A stretch of 64,000 bases of DNA, from NCBI GenBank assembly GCA_051362555.1, contig JBPQGU010000016.1, positions 930,001 to 994,000 of the forward strand, read 5' to 3'. Source of the DNA: Lingula anatina (Eukaryota > Animalia > Brachiopoda). A program made the position numbers and the translations under genes. Under the pieces are notes generated by a model that was given only the letters and a program-made list of their open reading frames with translations, was not told where the DNA came from and did no database searches. How positions within the stretch are numbered: the first letter of the stretch is position 1; every line of letters begins with the position of its first letter. Below, in pieces: positions 1 to 13,865 of the stretch.

Positions 1-372
1 GTCACGTTGAAAAATACAGTGTGGTGAATGTGTTTATTCCAGCTGATGATGTTACAGCAGCTTTTTGGTGGGGGTAAACTGTATTTATTGATTTCTGGCA
101 GATCTCCCTTACAGTACCTGAATGGCTGTTAACTCTGTTTTTAACGCTTATTTAATCACAACAATACTAGTACAAGTAAGTACTAGTACTATAAATCTTG
201 GAAGGGTTTTATCAGTAAAGAGGAGAAGTAATGCTTTTTTTAAATAGATACTCATAATAATAGATGACGTGTGAATAGATACTCCTAAACAAAAAACTTA
301 TGGCTCCATTCAAAATAACTACGTACAACTGTGTCAAACCATACAATGACACTTCCTAGTCATCACCAGCAA

Positions 373-410
<38 letters not shown>

Positions 411-1967
411 TAATATCTTTCTTAGTTACAGAGATATATATCGCGGAGTGATCACTATCTAATAAGACAGATTTACAAAACAGCAAAATTAATGATATAC
501 TAGTAAATGCTGTGTGTAGGGAGAGGCACCTGTGGTGGTAAATAAAGCCAAAAGGGAGTTCTTACCCAGTAGGTATTTATTTTTATTGTGATAGTTATTT
601 CATATAAAAGAAAGGGGAAACTACCCAAATATAGGCCTTCAGTTATAATGTATCAAACCCGAATGTATCAAATCTTTAAGGGACAATTTTGTGAGACTTA
701 GGCATGGAAAAAGTCAAGTGCACACATTTTTAGTCCACAGAAAACACCCAGGTAAAGAAGGGCTTGATTCACAATGCAGCTCTATTCACACCAGATTTAA
801 TTTAGACAGGAAATTTTCTTATTGTCATTACAAAGCAATCTGGATTCACGATACAATTCATTCATTTGAATATTCTCAGTGAATACATAACTAGAAAAAA
901 AAAACATGAGTAGAGGCAAATTGAATACACCATGAAAAGCATAAAAACATAAAACATACTGGTACTGAACACACAAAGGAATAGTTTGAGTTATTTAAGA
1001 CCAAAGTACAAGGATATGACACAATATTTGACAATAGACTGCCATAAAAGCACAACTGGATAGAATTTGTGACTCTTCCAATACAGGCTGTAAGATTAAG
1101 AGATGTGACTCGGGCTGCAGTTTTATGGTAATTTATCACAAATTTTGAACACCATACTTTTCTTCCAAACATTATCAGAATTACAGGATATCATTATGGT
1201 TTTTAAAACTACTCACATAAAAAAAACAATCTTTTTCAATTGATATTGACCCACCTCATTATTTTTCTAACACACATTTTAGGTAAATTAAATAATTAAC
1301 CTTAAAAAAAAAGAAATTATATGATTTATGGATTTTGTTCAAAATTAGAGAATAAGTACCATTAAATATTGACAATTCAGTGACTTGCATCATCAGAATA
1401 CTGACTTCTGGAAAGAAAAAAATGATTATGGGATTTCTTGGTATGCGACTTGTCTGCAATGGGGGGTTGAGTACAGTATGCAGTTTTTATGGTCATAAAT
1501 GTTCCTATTATTTTGTTATATAGCTTGTACTAATGTAAAAGGCATGCGCCATCCTTTTGAAATAAAGGAACTATCACAATAACCCCTGCTAAAAAATGCC
1601 AGTTGTATGCAAAACAAAGAATTTATATATACCCGTATCTGTTCACTTGGTTTATTCATGGTGATAATTACTGTAACTAAGATATTATTCATGGTGATAG
1701 CAAAAATTGGGCCCCAAATCTCTCTCTCTCTCTCTCTCTCTTTCTCTTTCTCTTTTAAGTGTGAAAATAGTTTATGATGGTTGGCAAAAACTAAGTGGCG
1801 AGGACCCTAGAAAATGTTTCATTTGTTTTTTATGTGCCAGAATCATGTCAACAGTGGAGTTGGTTTAACCTGTGTTATCTGCATATTATATGTTTTTGTA
1901 TTATATTGATTTGAAATCTATTTTGGCTATCAGTTACACATGTAAGACTTTTCTCTCTCTATTTCAG

Positions 1968-2756
1968 ATTTTCATCCAACGTACAACGGGATGTGATCAC
2001 ATGACCTGTTCCGGCTGCAAGACAGAGTTCTGTTACCGCTGCGGAGAAAGATTCCGAGAGCTGAAATTTATTGGCAACCATTACAACCGCCTCAGTATAT
2101 TTGGCTGCAAGTACAAGTACCTGCCTGAGAAACCAGTGCAAAGGAGGCTGATTAGAGGGTCCATTTTTGGTAATATTTCTGCTCTCTCTCTCTCTCTCTC
2201 TCTGTTCAGAATAGAAGTGATCTCACTAGCAGGATCATTCTGTCTCAGCAGGGCTTCTAGGTAAAGCACAGTCAATGTAAACAGCCTAATTGTCTGGCAT
2301 CCCCCCTTGCTAATCAACATGAACACAATGTGGACCATGAGGTTTTCCTCACTTGACCCAAGTACTTTAAGTTTCTACTAAAAAGCCTACTGCGTGACAA
2401 GGGGGAATCTATTCAGTGTGTAATAGAGGAATACATGATTATTATTATCATTATTATTATTATAGCAGCTGGCAAACAGATAGAAGCTCTTCTCAACTGA
2501 ATTTTGATTTAATTGCTGTTACAGGTGGCAAACTGTTAGCAGCGCCTCTATTGGCTGGCTTGGCCATTGGTGCCGGCGGAGTTCTGCTGGGTATAGGCGC
2601 CATTGCTCTTCCTTTCTATGCCAGTTATAAGCTCCACAAGTTTATAAGTCACAAGAAAATGTTGAAAAGGCAGCGAAGGAGACAGGAGGAGATCAAAAGA
2701 AGAATGCAGCAAATGAGAGATGAGTACAAGAGGAATGTGGAATGTGGGTATAATTT

Positions 2757-2803
<47 letters not shown>

Positions 2804-3702
2804 TTAAGTTTATTTTTGGTTGGGGGTTCCAAAGAAGTGCCTTCAAGCTGGAAAAAAGTCTATTATGCAGTGGTAAATTTTGGACCAAGTGACAAAAATA
2901 CTCGCATTAGATATATATATATATATATGGATTTTGATATTTAGTTTATTACAAAGTCAAACAGTCAGTTACAGTATTCTCATTTTTTGTTGCAATTAAA
3001 AAAAAAACATGAAACAAGCTTCATAGCGAACAAAACTGGGTTGTTGTCATATTAACCATGTTTCTTTTGTTTCTTTCAGTGCGCAAGCGTAGCCTTGAGC
3101 CAAGAGCTCCCATAGTGAGCGATTTCTGTTGGCCTATTCTGGAAATCCCAGTAGACATCAATCACCTCGCAGCACAATCTTCTGAACCACCGAGCGTTTC
3201 AAACACAGGTTCGAACAACGTGGATGATGAAGAAGAAGAATCAGACTTTGAACTTGAAGATGATGACATTGTCTTGAGTGAGTTGCTTGGCCTGCCAATG
3301 ATTGATCCTAACATATCCAAGTATTTTTTGAAAGTTGGCCAAGCTCGTGGAAAATCCCAAGAAAAGAGCGAAGAACAAGATGCAAGTGGGCCCAGTTCTT
3401 CATCAGATGGTAGCGATGTACCAGGAGAACAGGCGGGTGAAAATTGCAATCAAGTTGATCTCAATTCCCAGGAAGCAGCAGGGCCATCAAATCCTGGCAT
3501 CTCAAATCACCATAGAAACCCAATAGATGTTGCTATAACAACTGAAAAGGATACAGCTTTGCCACCAGTGCAACCAGTTTGGCAGAAGTTTTCATTTCAA
3601 GAAAGGCTGGAACCAAACCTAGCACATCCTAGTGTTGTGGGATCTACTTCTATAGAAGAAGACAAAGAAACTGGAGAAGTTATTTTTATCACAAAATTGT
3701 GA
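1968..3702 (+). CDS. RNF217: RBR-family E3 ubiquitin ligase, RNF217-like; last three exons (1968-2169, 2525-2743, 3080-3702)
   Basis: RING2/Rcat motif IQRTTGCDHMTCSGCKTEFCYRCG, then the HYNRLSIFGCKYKYLPEKP segment typical of RNF217, a hydrophobic stretch (LLAAPLLAGLAIGAGGVLLGIGAIALPFY) and a basic coiled-coil. The AG/GT junctions keep the frame. No earlier exons recognised in 1-1967. Confidence 0.8.
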
Positions 3703-6653
3703 ACATAAAAACATCTAGGAAGATTGGGCTCAAGCTGGACATGAATGCAGTCTCAGATGTGTACAGTAATTAACCGCTGTATTCAAACCAATCCAACAAA
3801 ACAAGGTTTTGTGAAAAGTAATTCTTATTGTAAAATGAAGTTGTGTTAATGACAGAAGTGCTTTTTTTGGAGTAACTAAAGATTGTAAATCATGAAAATA
3901 AGGAATACTTGAAAAAGGAGTGTTTGATGTATACAGCTAATTACTGTAACTAAGATATTTTTCAACCACAATATATCAGCCAATTCTATCACAATTGTCT
4001 AAAAAGCAAAAAGAATTTACGTAGCTAAAACGGTTATATATTTTATGATGATTATCATTGTATTTTCTCATTACCTGTGTGTGATATTAATTATAGAAAA
4101 TTAGCCTGCTAGTTAAGGCCTAGAATTGCCATGTTCTCACTTTCAGGTGTGATTGCCATTCTTTTGCCCCTCAAGGTCAGAAATGCCCATTGTCCATTTA
4201 ACACCCAGGTGAAAAAGTTGACAGGTCATCGTGTTCATATTAGAAAATGATCGATCATGTTTTCACTTCTTCACATGGTACAAAGAATATGGATTCAAAT
4301 GCAATTAAACAAGTTGTTCAACACTTCAAAATATTTTCAAACAAGTCAAAACAAATAAAGAAACGTCTATGATACAAGCCATAAGCCATGTGATATTCCT
4401 CCTTTCTTTCCACTTTCTAAAATTGGATTTCTACATGCTTTAAAAAATGTGACATTCTCTGGTGATGGAAAATAATTTATGTTACTCTTTGAGGCCCTCA
4501 AGTTTTTTATATTTACCCATTTCAGGTAAATGATAACTTTTAGAAAAAAGGCTGTGCATTACAGATAAAAATGACTATATGTGAGTTTCAGTATAATATT
4601 AGATAAGTATTACTTATGATTCTTCGTTTCACATTGCAGTCATGAAGGTGTTTTAATTTGCTCTCTTTAGAGTAATTATAGAACATGACTTCAGGTATAA
4701 ATAGCGTTCATGCTTGAGGATTTGAATTATATATTTATGCTGAAGGGTATGAAATGTTTTTATGCCTGAGGGTAGAAATTATATTTATGCCTAAGGTTAT
4801 AAATATTGTGTTTATGCCATGCTATGGTCATAAAAGGCTGGGCTGTCACACATTTATAAACTGAACACTCCTGCTATGTAGGCAAGCATTCATACTGAGT
4901 TTACAATTGTCTTTTTCTGTGCTCATAGATGTGAACATTTATGTAGCCCTGGAGTTAGGCTCATCTTGTGTTACTAAATAGAGATTGTCTTGTGTGACAT
5001 GAGCATCCAGCATCGTGGAAGGTCAACTGCATGTATTTGCACCAGTAAAGTCTGTGTGTACATTTCACTTGGTGTGAAAGCCTGTTCATGGGATTTTTGC
5101 ATAAAAAAATCTGGTACCAGCAACAATTTTTGTCAGTTTATTAAAATTCCAGTACTGAAACCATGGAATTACATGTGGCAGACTCCATATAATTTTGCAC
5201 TTTATAATTCATATCTTTTTTTTTTTTTTTTTTTTCATCAGCTGAAACTTAATGAACTCGTGTTTTCCAATCCTAAAGATTTCTACAGTCTGCTGTATGT
5301 GGTGGATATATTAAAGGCAGGAATAGTTCCATTAGCACAAAATGTACAGATTCAGTAATTTGGAAAATTATTGTATTTGTTGCTGTTAATTTTTATGCAC
5401 TTGTCAACTACAGTGGAACCACATAAGCAGGCATGCAGGTTGTGGAATTCATTTTCTTCTTCTGGCATTTTGCAAATGATCTAACATTTTGCAGACCAAG
5501 GTCCACTCGGGCACAGGTGTGTTAATGCATGGTGACTGTAAACTAATGAAGTGGATACTCTCTGTCAGAGGTCCCTTATAGCTGTTGTAGAAGTTACAAC
5601 CTATTTTTTTACAGCTAGTGCAGTTAGACGGTACCGAATAATATGATTGTTGAATTGTGCAATATATAAATATATATGTGAGTGTGTTGCTGTTTTAATT
5701 GTTTTTGGTGGAAATTATCCTGTGTATTTTCATGATGTATAGGAACCTTTGAGTATAAAACAATGCAATCCTGCTCAAACTAATGCAGTTAGACATTCTT
5801 TGTTTAGTTTCTGTGACGTCAAGCACTAGCTACATGCATGAATTATGTAGCGAACATAATTAGTTGTTTTTTCTTTAAAAATATTGATATGTAACTGAAT
5901 CCTTCCAACAGTGAGTTTACAAATAAGAGGACTTATAACAGTATCTAAAAAATATTAATTGATGGTCCTGGTTGTTTTACAAACATAACACAGAAATTAT
6001 GATTATATTTTGTGCAGCATATAATAAGCTACTTGACTGCTATGTACGCAAGTATAACTAGCCTTCAGTTATTCAAGAAAGTTGACATTATTTATCCAAG
6101 TTGCTTTATTTGTGAAGCAGAATTTTCGTTCAAAATCAGGTAAGTAATTAGATCTAATTACTTCTCGTTGTATACAAATCAGATAATGACAAGTGTTAAG
6201 ACGTGATCATCAGAGGTGTAGTCATGTGACCAAACCACGTGATGATTCCAGATTATCTTTTATGTAGAGAAAATAAACTGGAAATGTTTTGTTGTTATAC
6301 TGTCATTGATGTCCTCATTTTAGCAACCATCCTGCTTCCAAATACATGTATTTAATTCATTTTTTATAAATGAAATTATTAATTCGGTGATCGTAAAAAA
6401 ACGAATGAGTGGAACCGTAGTAGCCGATGATGGGCGGAACCAACGTGGAACGTGGCTTTTCATCACAAATAAATGGAAATATAAAGAGCGACTTCAGACT
6501 GAAAACTGCTATTTTATTGCCCCTGTCTGTTATTGTTTTAAGTATCCAACTAGGCCACTTGTCTTTTTCTCTTTATATACAGACTTAATTCACCCCTAAA
6601 ATAGTACACAATACAAGTACCAGCCCCTGTTGGAAAACATCCAATCTGCCCGT

Positions 6654-6902
6654 CTGGGTCCAGTTTCTTCAACACTGGACAGCGCTATCCATTGGATAAT
6701 TTTTTCATCCTCTGGGCAGATATCCTGTGGGAAAAGTAATGTTTCCAAAATGCTGGACAAATATTTTTGTTTCTGATGTTGCTATCCAATGGTTAAAATG
6801 GTTGGTTGCTTCAAGACAACTGTCCATAGGATAACAATTTTATACAGTGGATAGTGTTATCCATAGGATAGCGCCACCCAGTGTTGATGAAACTGGGCCC
6901 AG
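6654..6902. mobile_element. MITE with terminal inverted repeats
   Basis: Left end ctgggtccagtttcttcaacactgg matches the reverse complement of the right end ccagtgttgatgaaactgggcccag; internal tatcca..ggata palindromes. Confidence 0.7.
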
Positions 6903-7044
6903 TTACCCCTCCCCTTACACGGTTGCTCAGCAGCAGTCGAGGAAGATACAATAATTGCGCAACAGATTAGTAGTAGCGCAGCCTGTAGCCAGAGAGTAAC
7001 ACATCCCCGTGTTTGCATGTGAATTACGCCTGCCTCTTCTCTAT

Positions 7045-7282
7045 AGGCGGATTTATATTAATCAGGGGGGGGGGGGGGTCCAGGGATGCGAAGCAGACCC
7101 CCACTTGGCTTGAGGTTCGGGAACCGCTGAAGGGCCCCGAAAGTTTTGGTATTTTGGAGGGTAAGCGGTGCAGTTTGGTATTGTTTAGAACTATAATTCA
7201 GCTAGTCAAAATTCTAATTTCAAGAGGGGACCAGAAATCGTAGGTGGGGTTAGGACCCCCCCCCCCCCCAAATCCGCCACTG
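7045..7282. mobile_element. Short non-autonomous DNA-transposon-like repeat
   Basis: ggcggattt...gggggggtcc at the left and ggacccccc...aaatccgccactg at the right are inverted complements. Confidence 0.5.
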
Positions 7283-9120
7283 ATAAATAATAATACTGGA
7301 AATATCATTTAGTTGCCCTTTGAATTTATAAGGTTTAACTACGGAAATTGCTAGCGTGAGGCAAAGCACGTCAATGTGGCACCAGAGTAAACTCCCATGG
7401 ACACGCGTTTCCGCACGTGACGTGAGTCACTTGATAAACCACGAAGTCGTACAAAAACGCATGCAATGCAACCTTTTTGTAGCAAAACAATAAAGCGTTG
7501 TGGATTTTTGCGCACATTTAATTTTTATCACTTAGACCAAATTCTTTTGGATATTAATAACCTTAAAATCGTTTTTGAGTTACAGATGTCTAATTTTATC
7601 ATCACGATCGAAATTCCCAAGCTAATAATAAAAAATATTTTTTTCCTAAGAAAATTTTTTACTAAACTAACATTCCTGGGGTTAGCGATTGTTAACTCTC
7701 TGTAGCCATTTCTTTCATCTTTGTAACTGACACTCGCCGTAACTTAGTGACAATCTGGGAAATATAAAAGAGCACTGAGCCATTGCTAAAGCTGTAGTTT
7801 TTCAAAGCCCGCCATGCTTACTGACCTCAAGACTGTGCGTGATGTGTCAGCAGACTCAAGATGGTTGAGGACATTGGTAACTGAAACTATTTTTTGTGAC
7901 TTTAATTCATGGTATTTATCTGTTTAAATATGACTAAAAAGTATTTCTTGTTCTCAGATATAATCAACTAGAATTGGTAATTGGTTATGTTAAAATTCAC
8001 TGTCACTTTGAAACTTTGGTCACACAGAAGCCCACCTCATGTTTGCCGTCTGAATTCTGTTTTGCGTCAACAACAAAGGTTTCAAGCCACCCTTATATGC
8101 CACAGAACTTACAGCACTTCCCGAGTTCATCGTTACAAAACAAGAGTACAAGAAGGGTAGGTATGAATACAACATTGTTCGTATCTTTGCTGAAAACATG
8201 GCAGTGACTGGCAGACGACATCGGACATGTTTTCTACATCCCAGACACACGTTGAGGCAGCCTTCTTAACTGTGACCAATTGGGACGTGGAACGCTAGCA
8301 CCTGTCGCTGATAAATCATTTTACAACATTTATTACTGTGCAGTTGAGCCAAATGCAACTATTAACTTTTGTAACGTTCTCCTTGAAAATTTGATTAATT
8401 TATATTAGATTTTATATTTTTTTCTGTGGATGTTCAATGTAAAGATCACCCTCTCTGTTCAACATGCATGCAAAGGTCAAAATTTTAATATTTTCGACCT
8501 GAACAACATCAGTGAACTACCCGTGAGTTGAGGTAGAGATGAGTTTGGGAGGGGGGAGGAGGGGAGGTAGCCGGCCGGCTGGTTCTTAATAATGAAAAAA
8601 ATGAAAGATAGAAATTTTCTCTTTAAATTAAAATATTATTTATGTTTCATGCTATTTCTAACAATTTGGGTCAACTTAGGTTGCGGAAAGCTCCAATTTT
8701 TTCAAAAGAAAGTACCCATATTATACATGTAGTAAAAGTGTACTCTCCTGAATATTTGCCGATTACGAGCGAAGCCAGGCAAATTTAACGGTCCTTGTGC
8801 TACCTCCCCCACCCCCTTCCAACTCACACACATATCCAAAACGAAAATGCAGTGGCATCGACTGTTGACGTTGTATAGACCCTAACCAGCTTTGGTCAAA
8901 AATAAAAAAAAATGTGTAGAATCTGAGTATGAATCTTGAAATTCCTGAACCGAATTTGAATAGCATAATTGCATGTGCATGATAAAGTAACAGCCATAAC
9001 CATGTGAATGCGCCATTCTTTACTGCCCTTAGATGTTGAAACACACTTATCTTCCTCTCAAATAATAATTCCCCCACTCTGTCCTAACCATCGTTACTGG
9101 GTGCACCCATTTATAGACCC

Positions 9121-9128
9121 TATATAAA
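9121..9128 (+). promoter_or_regulatory. TATA box of the serine protease gene
   Basis: tatataaa lies 65 bp upstream of the ATG at 9186. Confidence 0.55.
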
Positions 9129-9185
9129 GAAGTTAACTTTACACAATATTACTTTGAGATACCGAGATACAATAGAAACCTAGCG

Positions 9186-12100
9186 ATGAAGTTTCTTACA
9201 ACGCTAGCGTTGGCAGTAATGCTGTCACCTATGTCACAAGGTATGTTATAGATTGCTCATTGTATGTGTTAATTCTTCTGCTTATTACTTCCAATAATAT
9301 GGCTTCTAAATAGTTCCATATGAAAGTTAAAGCATGCGAAGTTTAGCGGCACGTGTCCAGCAAAAAGAATTCAACAAATTTCACAATGCGATTTAAGAGG
9401 GGAGCAGTTTGCATTCAATTTTAAATTTTAAATCCAGTTTTCATTTTCATATTTTAATATAAAAAAACCATTTATTTTAAGAAAAACTCGGAATCTGCTC
9501 TAGAAAACTCTGTTTTAAGTAAAAGAGTAGTTAAAACGGGGCAGTAAGGTGGCAGTTTTACTAACGTAAGACGCACGTATGTTCTATTCAGGTTTACGAT
9601 GCCGAGGCACAGGTAAATGCGTGAGGCAGGGATCATGTGACGGTATTGTTGACGCCAACTACACGTGCAGAAGGGCAGGGAAGGTGTGCTGCGTGCCGTC
9701 CAAAAACTCAACCACTGTAGCTTCGAATTCCATCTACGAAGGCAAGTATAACTGTGCCTCGCGTTCAAATCGTTTTTAACAATGGCTGATTAAGCAAAGG
9801 GATGATAATGAGCCGCCAAATAATTAACCAAGAGCTCCTTTTAGAATGGAATGGGCCAGAGTCACCCTTACATTCAAAGAGCCTGCAAACTCATTTCTTT
9901 ATAAGAGAAGTGTTTTCCGTGATCCCTGAAGTATAGACTACACAATAATAATTCAATAACACCGCATTCACAACCACAAAGTTGATCCCAGGACTAACAG
10001 ATCTGCCGATCAAATATGGCCGACCCAATTGAAAGTTTTTCGCGTATCCTCCGCCGGGAAACTATTCAGTGTCTATTAGCTATTTTTCTACAGCTACAGC
10101 TTTGGGATAAAAATCTTCCTTTATTAGAATTACCGTACATGTACGTATAATAACTTCAGGGGGCTTTTATAAAGCCAGTGTTACGAAACAATCAATTTTT
10201 CTTGTCCGACAGGTGGTGATACGGAACGTTCCTCATTTTATCGTCGAATGGCACTTTCGGCTGTTTGCATTGTATGAATGTTTTTTAAAGTAGCCAAATA
10301 ATAGTAATCATCAGTTGAGTTCTTAACGATACATACTTTAGGGTACTTTTGTACCAGTAGACATACTAGGCACTAGGTTTCAGAGAATTTTCTTGGAACA
10401 TGCACGACGCTTGTTCACAGCATTTTAACTTTTACCACCAGCTTAACACGTGCTTCTAAGTAATTGTGTTACAAGTTTCAGGAACCTAGGGAACAATTAA
10501 AAGGATTTAAATTAACTGAAATTGACATTAACAGCAAAACGAAAAACTGAATCTAACGAGGGTGACCTTTTCCATCATTCTCTCATGAACACTCTGGCGA
10601 TGCTAATTGGAATGGCTGCGCAGTAAAGAATAATACCTTAAATTAATTTCTCCTCTGTTTGCAATGCAATGTGAAATGCTGTTGATTATATTTGACTTTG
10701 ACATTTTGTTCCTGGCAAACTAAACATACTGCCCTAGTAAAGATAAAATTATAACTAGTTTTTTTTTTTCAAATAACTTGGGAAATCAGACATAAATAAA
10801 GTGGGAGAATTCAATAAATTAATTAATTAATTAATGATTGTGAAAGGGTTTCGGCCATACTACGTTGTACTAGTATTTAATTTTATGTGTTTTTTGCATT
10901 TTTTTTCAAAAACACATGTATTATTGAATCTTCCTGATATCAGTATCCACACAGAGCACTAAATCATTCATGATCTAGTGAGGAAAACACTCTTATAAAA
11001 ATCAATTTTCTCGAAGGCTCTTGCGGCACGGTGGGGAACTCACGTATTGTGGGAGGGGACACTGCTGACGCGCACGAATGGCCTTGGCAGGTCTCTCTTC
11101 ATCTTAACAGTAGGGAGCAGCACGTGTGTGGAGGCATATTGGTCAACGAGGAGTGGGTAGTGACAGCAGCGCACTGCGTCCACGGGTAGGCCTAAGTCTA
11201 GTACTTACTATGAACCAACTGTCCATCTATCTGTCCACCCATCCACCATAATTTGATTCATTCATTTGCTTTGTCATATATGTAATCGGGGAGAGAGAGA
11301 GAGAGAGAGAGAGAGAGTGAGAGAGAGACTTTCATTAATAATTTTATTAAATATTCAACATTTATAAATAACATTTCTCCATCCATCTCGATCCAGATCT
11401 TGTATGCATAATAACTTCATTGAACATTCAACATGTAGGATTCATCTCCAGGTCTGGTATGAACGCCCCCGGTGATTGGACGTTAGTTCTAGGTGAGCAC
11501 CACCTGGCGGAGGAAAGCAACAATGAAATACGTCGCAGTGTGGGAAAAATAATAGCTGTAAGTAGACCTTCAGTGAATATGGTTTTTCCCTTTCTGCATT
11601 TTTTATAGCTCTGCATTAAAACTCTTTTAGTTAAAAGGCAAAGACAGTGGAAGTAGTGAAAGTTTTTTTTTTTTTATAAAACTACTAGCTAGAATTTTAA
11701 CTCTAAGATAATTGTGAACATAAGATTAATACATTGTATATTTGGTCTTCCTCTGTGAAATTATTATGAGCTACTTGTTCACATAAAATTACCTTAGCGT
11801 TAGCCAACGAAAACCCGGCAAGTTATTGACTGCGGGTGTAAATTGTAGATTCTCACATTGTATCTCAATGGGCTGGATTAAACGTGATTAAAACTAATAA
11901 AAAGACCACAGGTAATTACAAAAGCATTTTATTTCAACAGCTTTGACATAGATGAACAAGACAATGTAAAAAAACTGTGTGAAAAGTTAATGTTACAGAA
12001 AGTTACAGGGTTGGGGGTATACTATAAAAGTACCCATCTTTCTACACAGCATCCCAACTACAAGAGCTACGGCACTTATGCCAATGACATTGCTTTAATG

Positions 12101-12696
12101 AAACTAGCGACCCCTATCCAGATGAGTCGCACCATGCAGCCCGCTTGCGTGGCACGCCCTGGTCAGGTGTTCCTAGGCAACGGGGACTGTTGGATCACTG
12201 GCTGGGGAGATACAAAGAGTAAGTGAGTGAATGCAGTTTTAGTTTTGACTTGCGTCGAAAAAGACAATACAAAAGCGCCAAAATAGGCGTGATTTAAATC
12301 TCAGATAAATAATATACATATGTTGCATGCAACCATGTCAAGCGAGAGTATGCGACTATTTTTAACATGTTGCTTGTTCAGATATTTGTAGCTAGGGATG
12401 CCGCATACTTCTCAGAACGTCGTAGGGCGTATTCAGAAAAAGTTGATTTGCGGATTAACTTTGGTTGTGAATGTGTCCATAAAGAAAATCACAACATCAT
12501 TCTTCTTTTCTTTGTGCTCTTATCAGGTAATGTCAGCAATGAGGTCCTCCGGGAGTTCAACACCGTAATTCGTACTTATGCTGAGTGCAAGGAAGGCTGG
12601 GGAAGCTACGTGTTGGAAGACACACACATTTGTATAGGAGATGGTTCCGCAGGTTCCTGTCAGGTAGGTATAGGCTGAGATCAGTCAGAACGTTCG

Positions 12697-12745
<49 letters not shown>

Positions 12746-13438
12746 TTGCTTAAAAAGCTGAACAGAAGGGTTTTAGCGAATTTTACATTTTGAACTAATC
12801 AGTTATAAATATAAATGTGGCGAAAAACGGTTACATATTGTACATTTCCTGAGCCATATTTGCAAAGAAATAACATCTCACAATTCTGAGAGGCGAGAAT
12901 CAGTGTTAAAAAACGATGAAATATTCCTCAATGATCTAAATTGTTTTGTTTTTTTTTTTTTGCCTCGATCTCGACCATTTGTTACCTTCAGCTGTTTGAA
13001 CCATATTTACAGGCGAGAATGCACAGCTTCAACGCGCTATAAAAAAGCCACAAGAAGAAGTAGAGAAACGTGGTTTTCAACACGTGACTGTTTAAAAAGC
13101 GTTCTTTTTTAAATAGATTTTAAAACCAATCCATTACCCTTACTCTTTGTAACATAAACGTGTATTCATTGAAGCTGCTACGTGTATTTCTCATTCATGT
13201 CGCTTACATCATATTAAAGAAAAAGATAAGGAGGTCGCTTATGACAAATATATCACACTCTTTTACATTCCAGGGAGACAGTGGCGGCCCCTTGGTGTGT
13301 AAGGTCCACGGCGTCTGGGTCCTGGCTGGTGTCACCTCGTGGGGGTACAGCGGCTGCCGAGAACTGGGGTTCCCTAATGTCTACACACGCGTGTCTGAGT
13401 ATGCAAATTGGCTGAGGGATACCATCAATTCTAATTAA
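9186..13438 (+). CDS. Secreted S1A (chymotrypsin-fold) serine protease with an N-terminal six-Cys module; exons 9186-9240, 9592-9741, 11017-11185, 11452-11557, 12050-12218, 12527-12663, 13274-13438
   Basis: Signal peptide [19 protein letters not shown], activation site SR|IVGG, WPWQVSL, and catalytic-triad motifs TAAHC, NDIAL and GDSGGP, plus PNVYTRVS. All junctions keep the frame; intron 2 needs a GC donor (gcaagt at 9742). Confidence 0.93.
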
Positions 13439-13865
13439 ACTACTCAATAGGGGGCGTGTCTGAGTATGCAAATTAGCTGAGGGATACCATCAATTCCAAT
13501 TTATCAACTCTATAGGGGGCGTGTCTGAGTATGAAAACTGGCTGAGGGATACCATCAATTCCAATTAAACAATATCTCATAATTCACTTTGAATATACTA
13601 GTAGAAGTCGCTGTTTACATTGAGAAACCTTGATGACTACCATATAGATGAATCAAGGGGGCATGTCTGAGTATGCAAATTCGCTGAAGGATATTATCCA
13701 TTCCAGTAAAACAACTGTATATCGTTTTTATCTTTGAAAAGTTTCATTGTACATTGCAAAACCTTGATGACAACCACAAAGATGAATCCATAGGGCGTGT
13801 CTGAGTATGTAAATTGGTTAGTGGGTCATCTATTTTTATCATTTACATGCTCAGACACGTCCCCC
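13391..13865 (+). repeat. Repeated copies of the protease's terminal coding sequence in the 3' region
   Basis: gtgtctgagtatgcaaattggctgagggataccatcaattc recurs near 13391, 13457, 13521, 13664 and 13797 (partial); an inverted partial copy lies near 13846-13864. Confidence 0.8.

Noticed and set aside
691-1459. Short ORFs in the first 1.5 kb and similar AT-rich ORFs elsewhere
   Set aside because: No recognisable motifs; consistent with chance ORFs in introns, UTRs or microsatellites.
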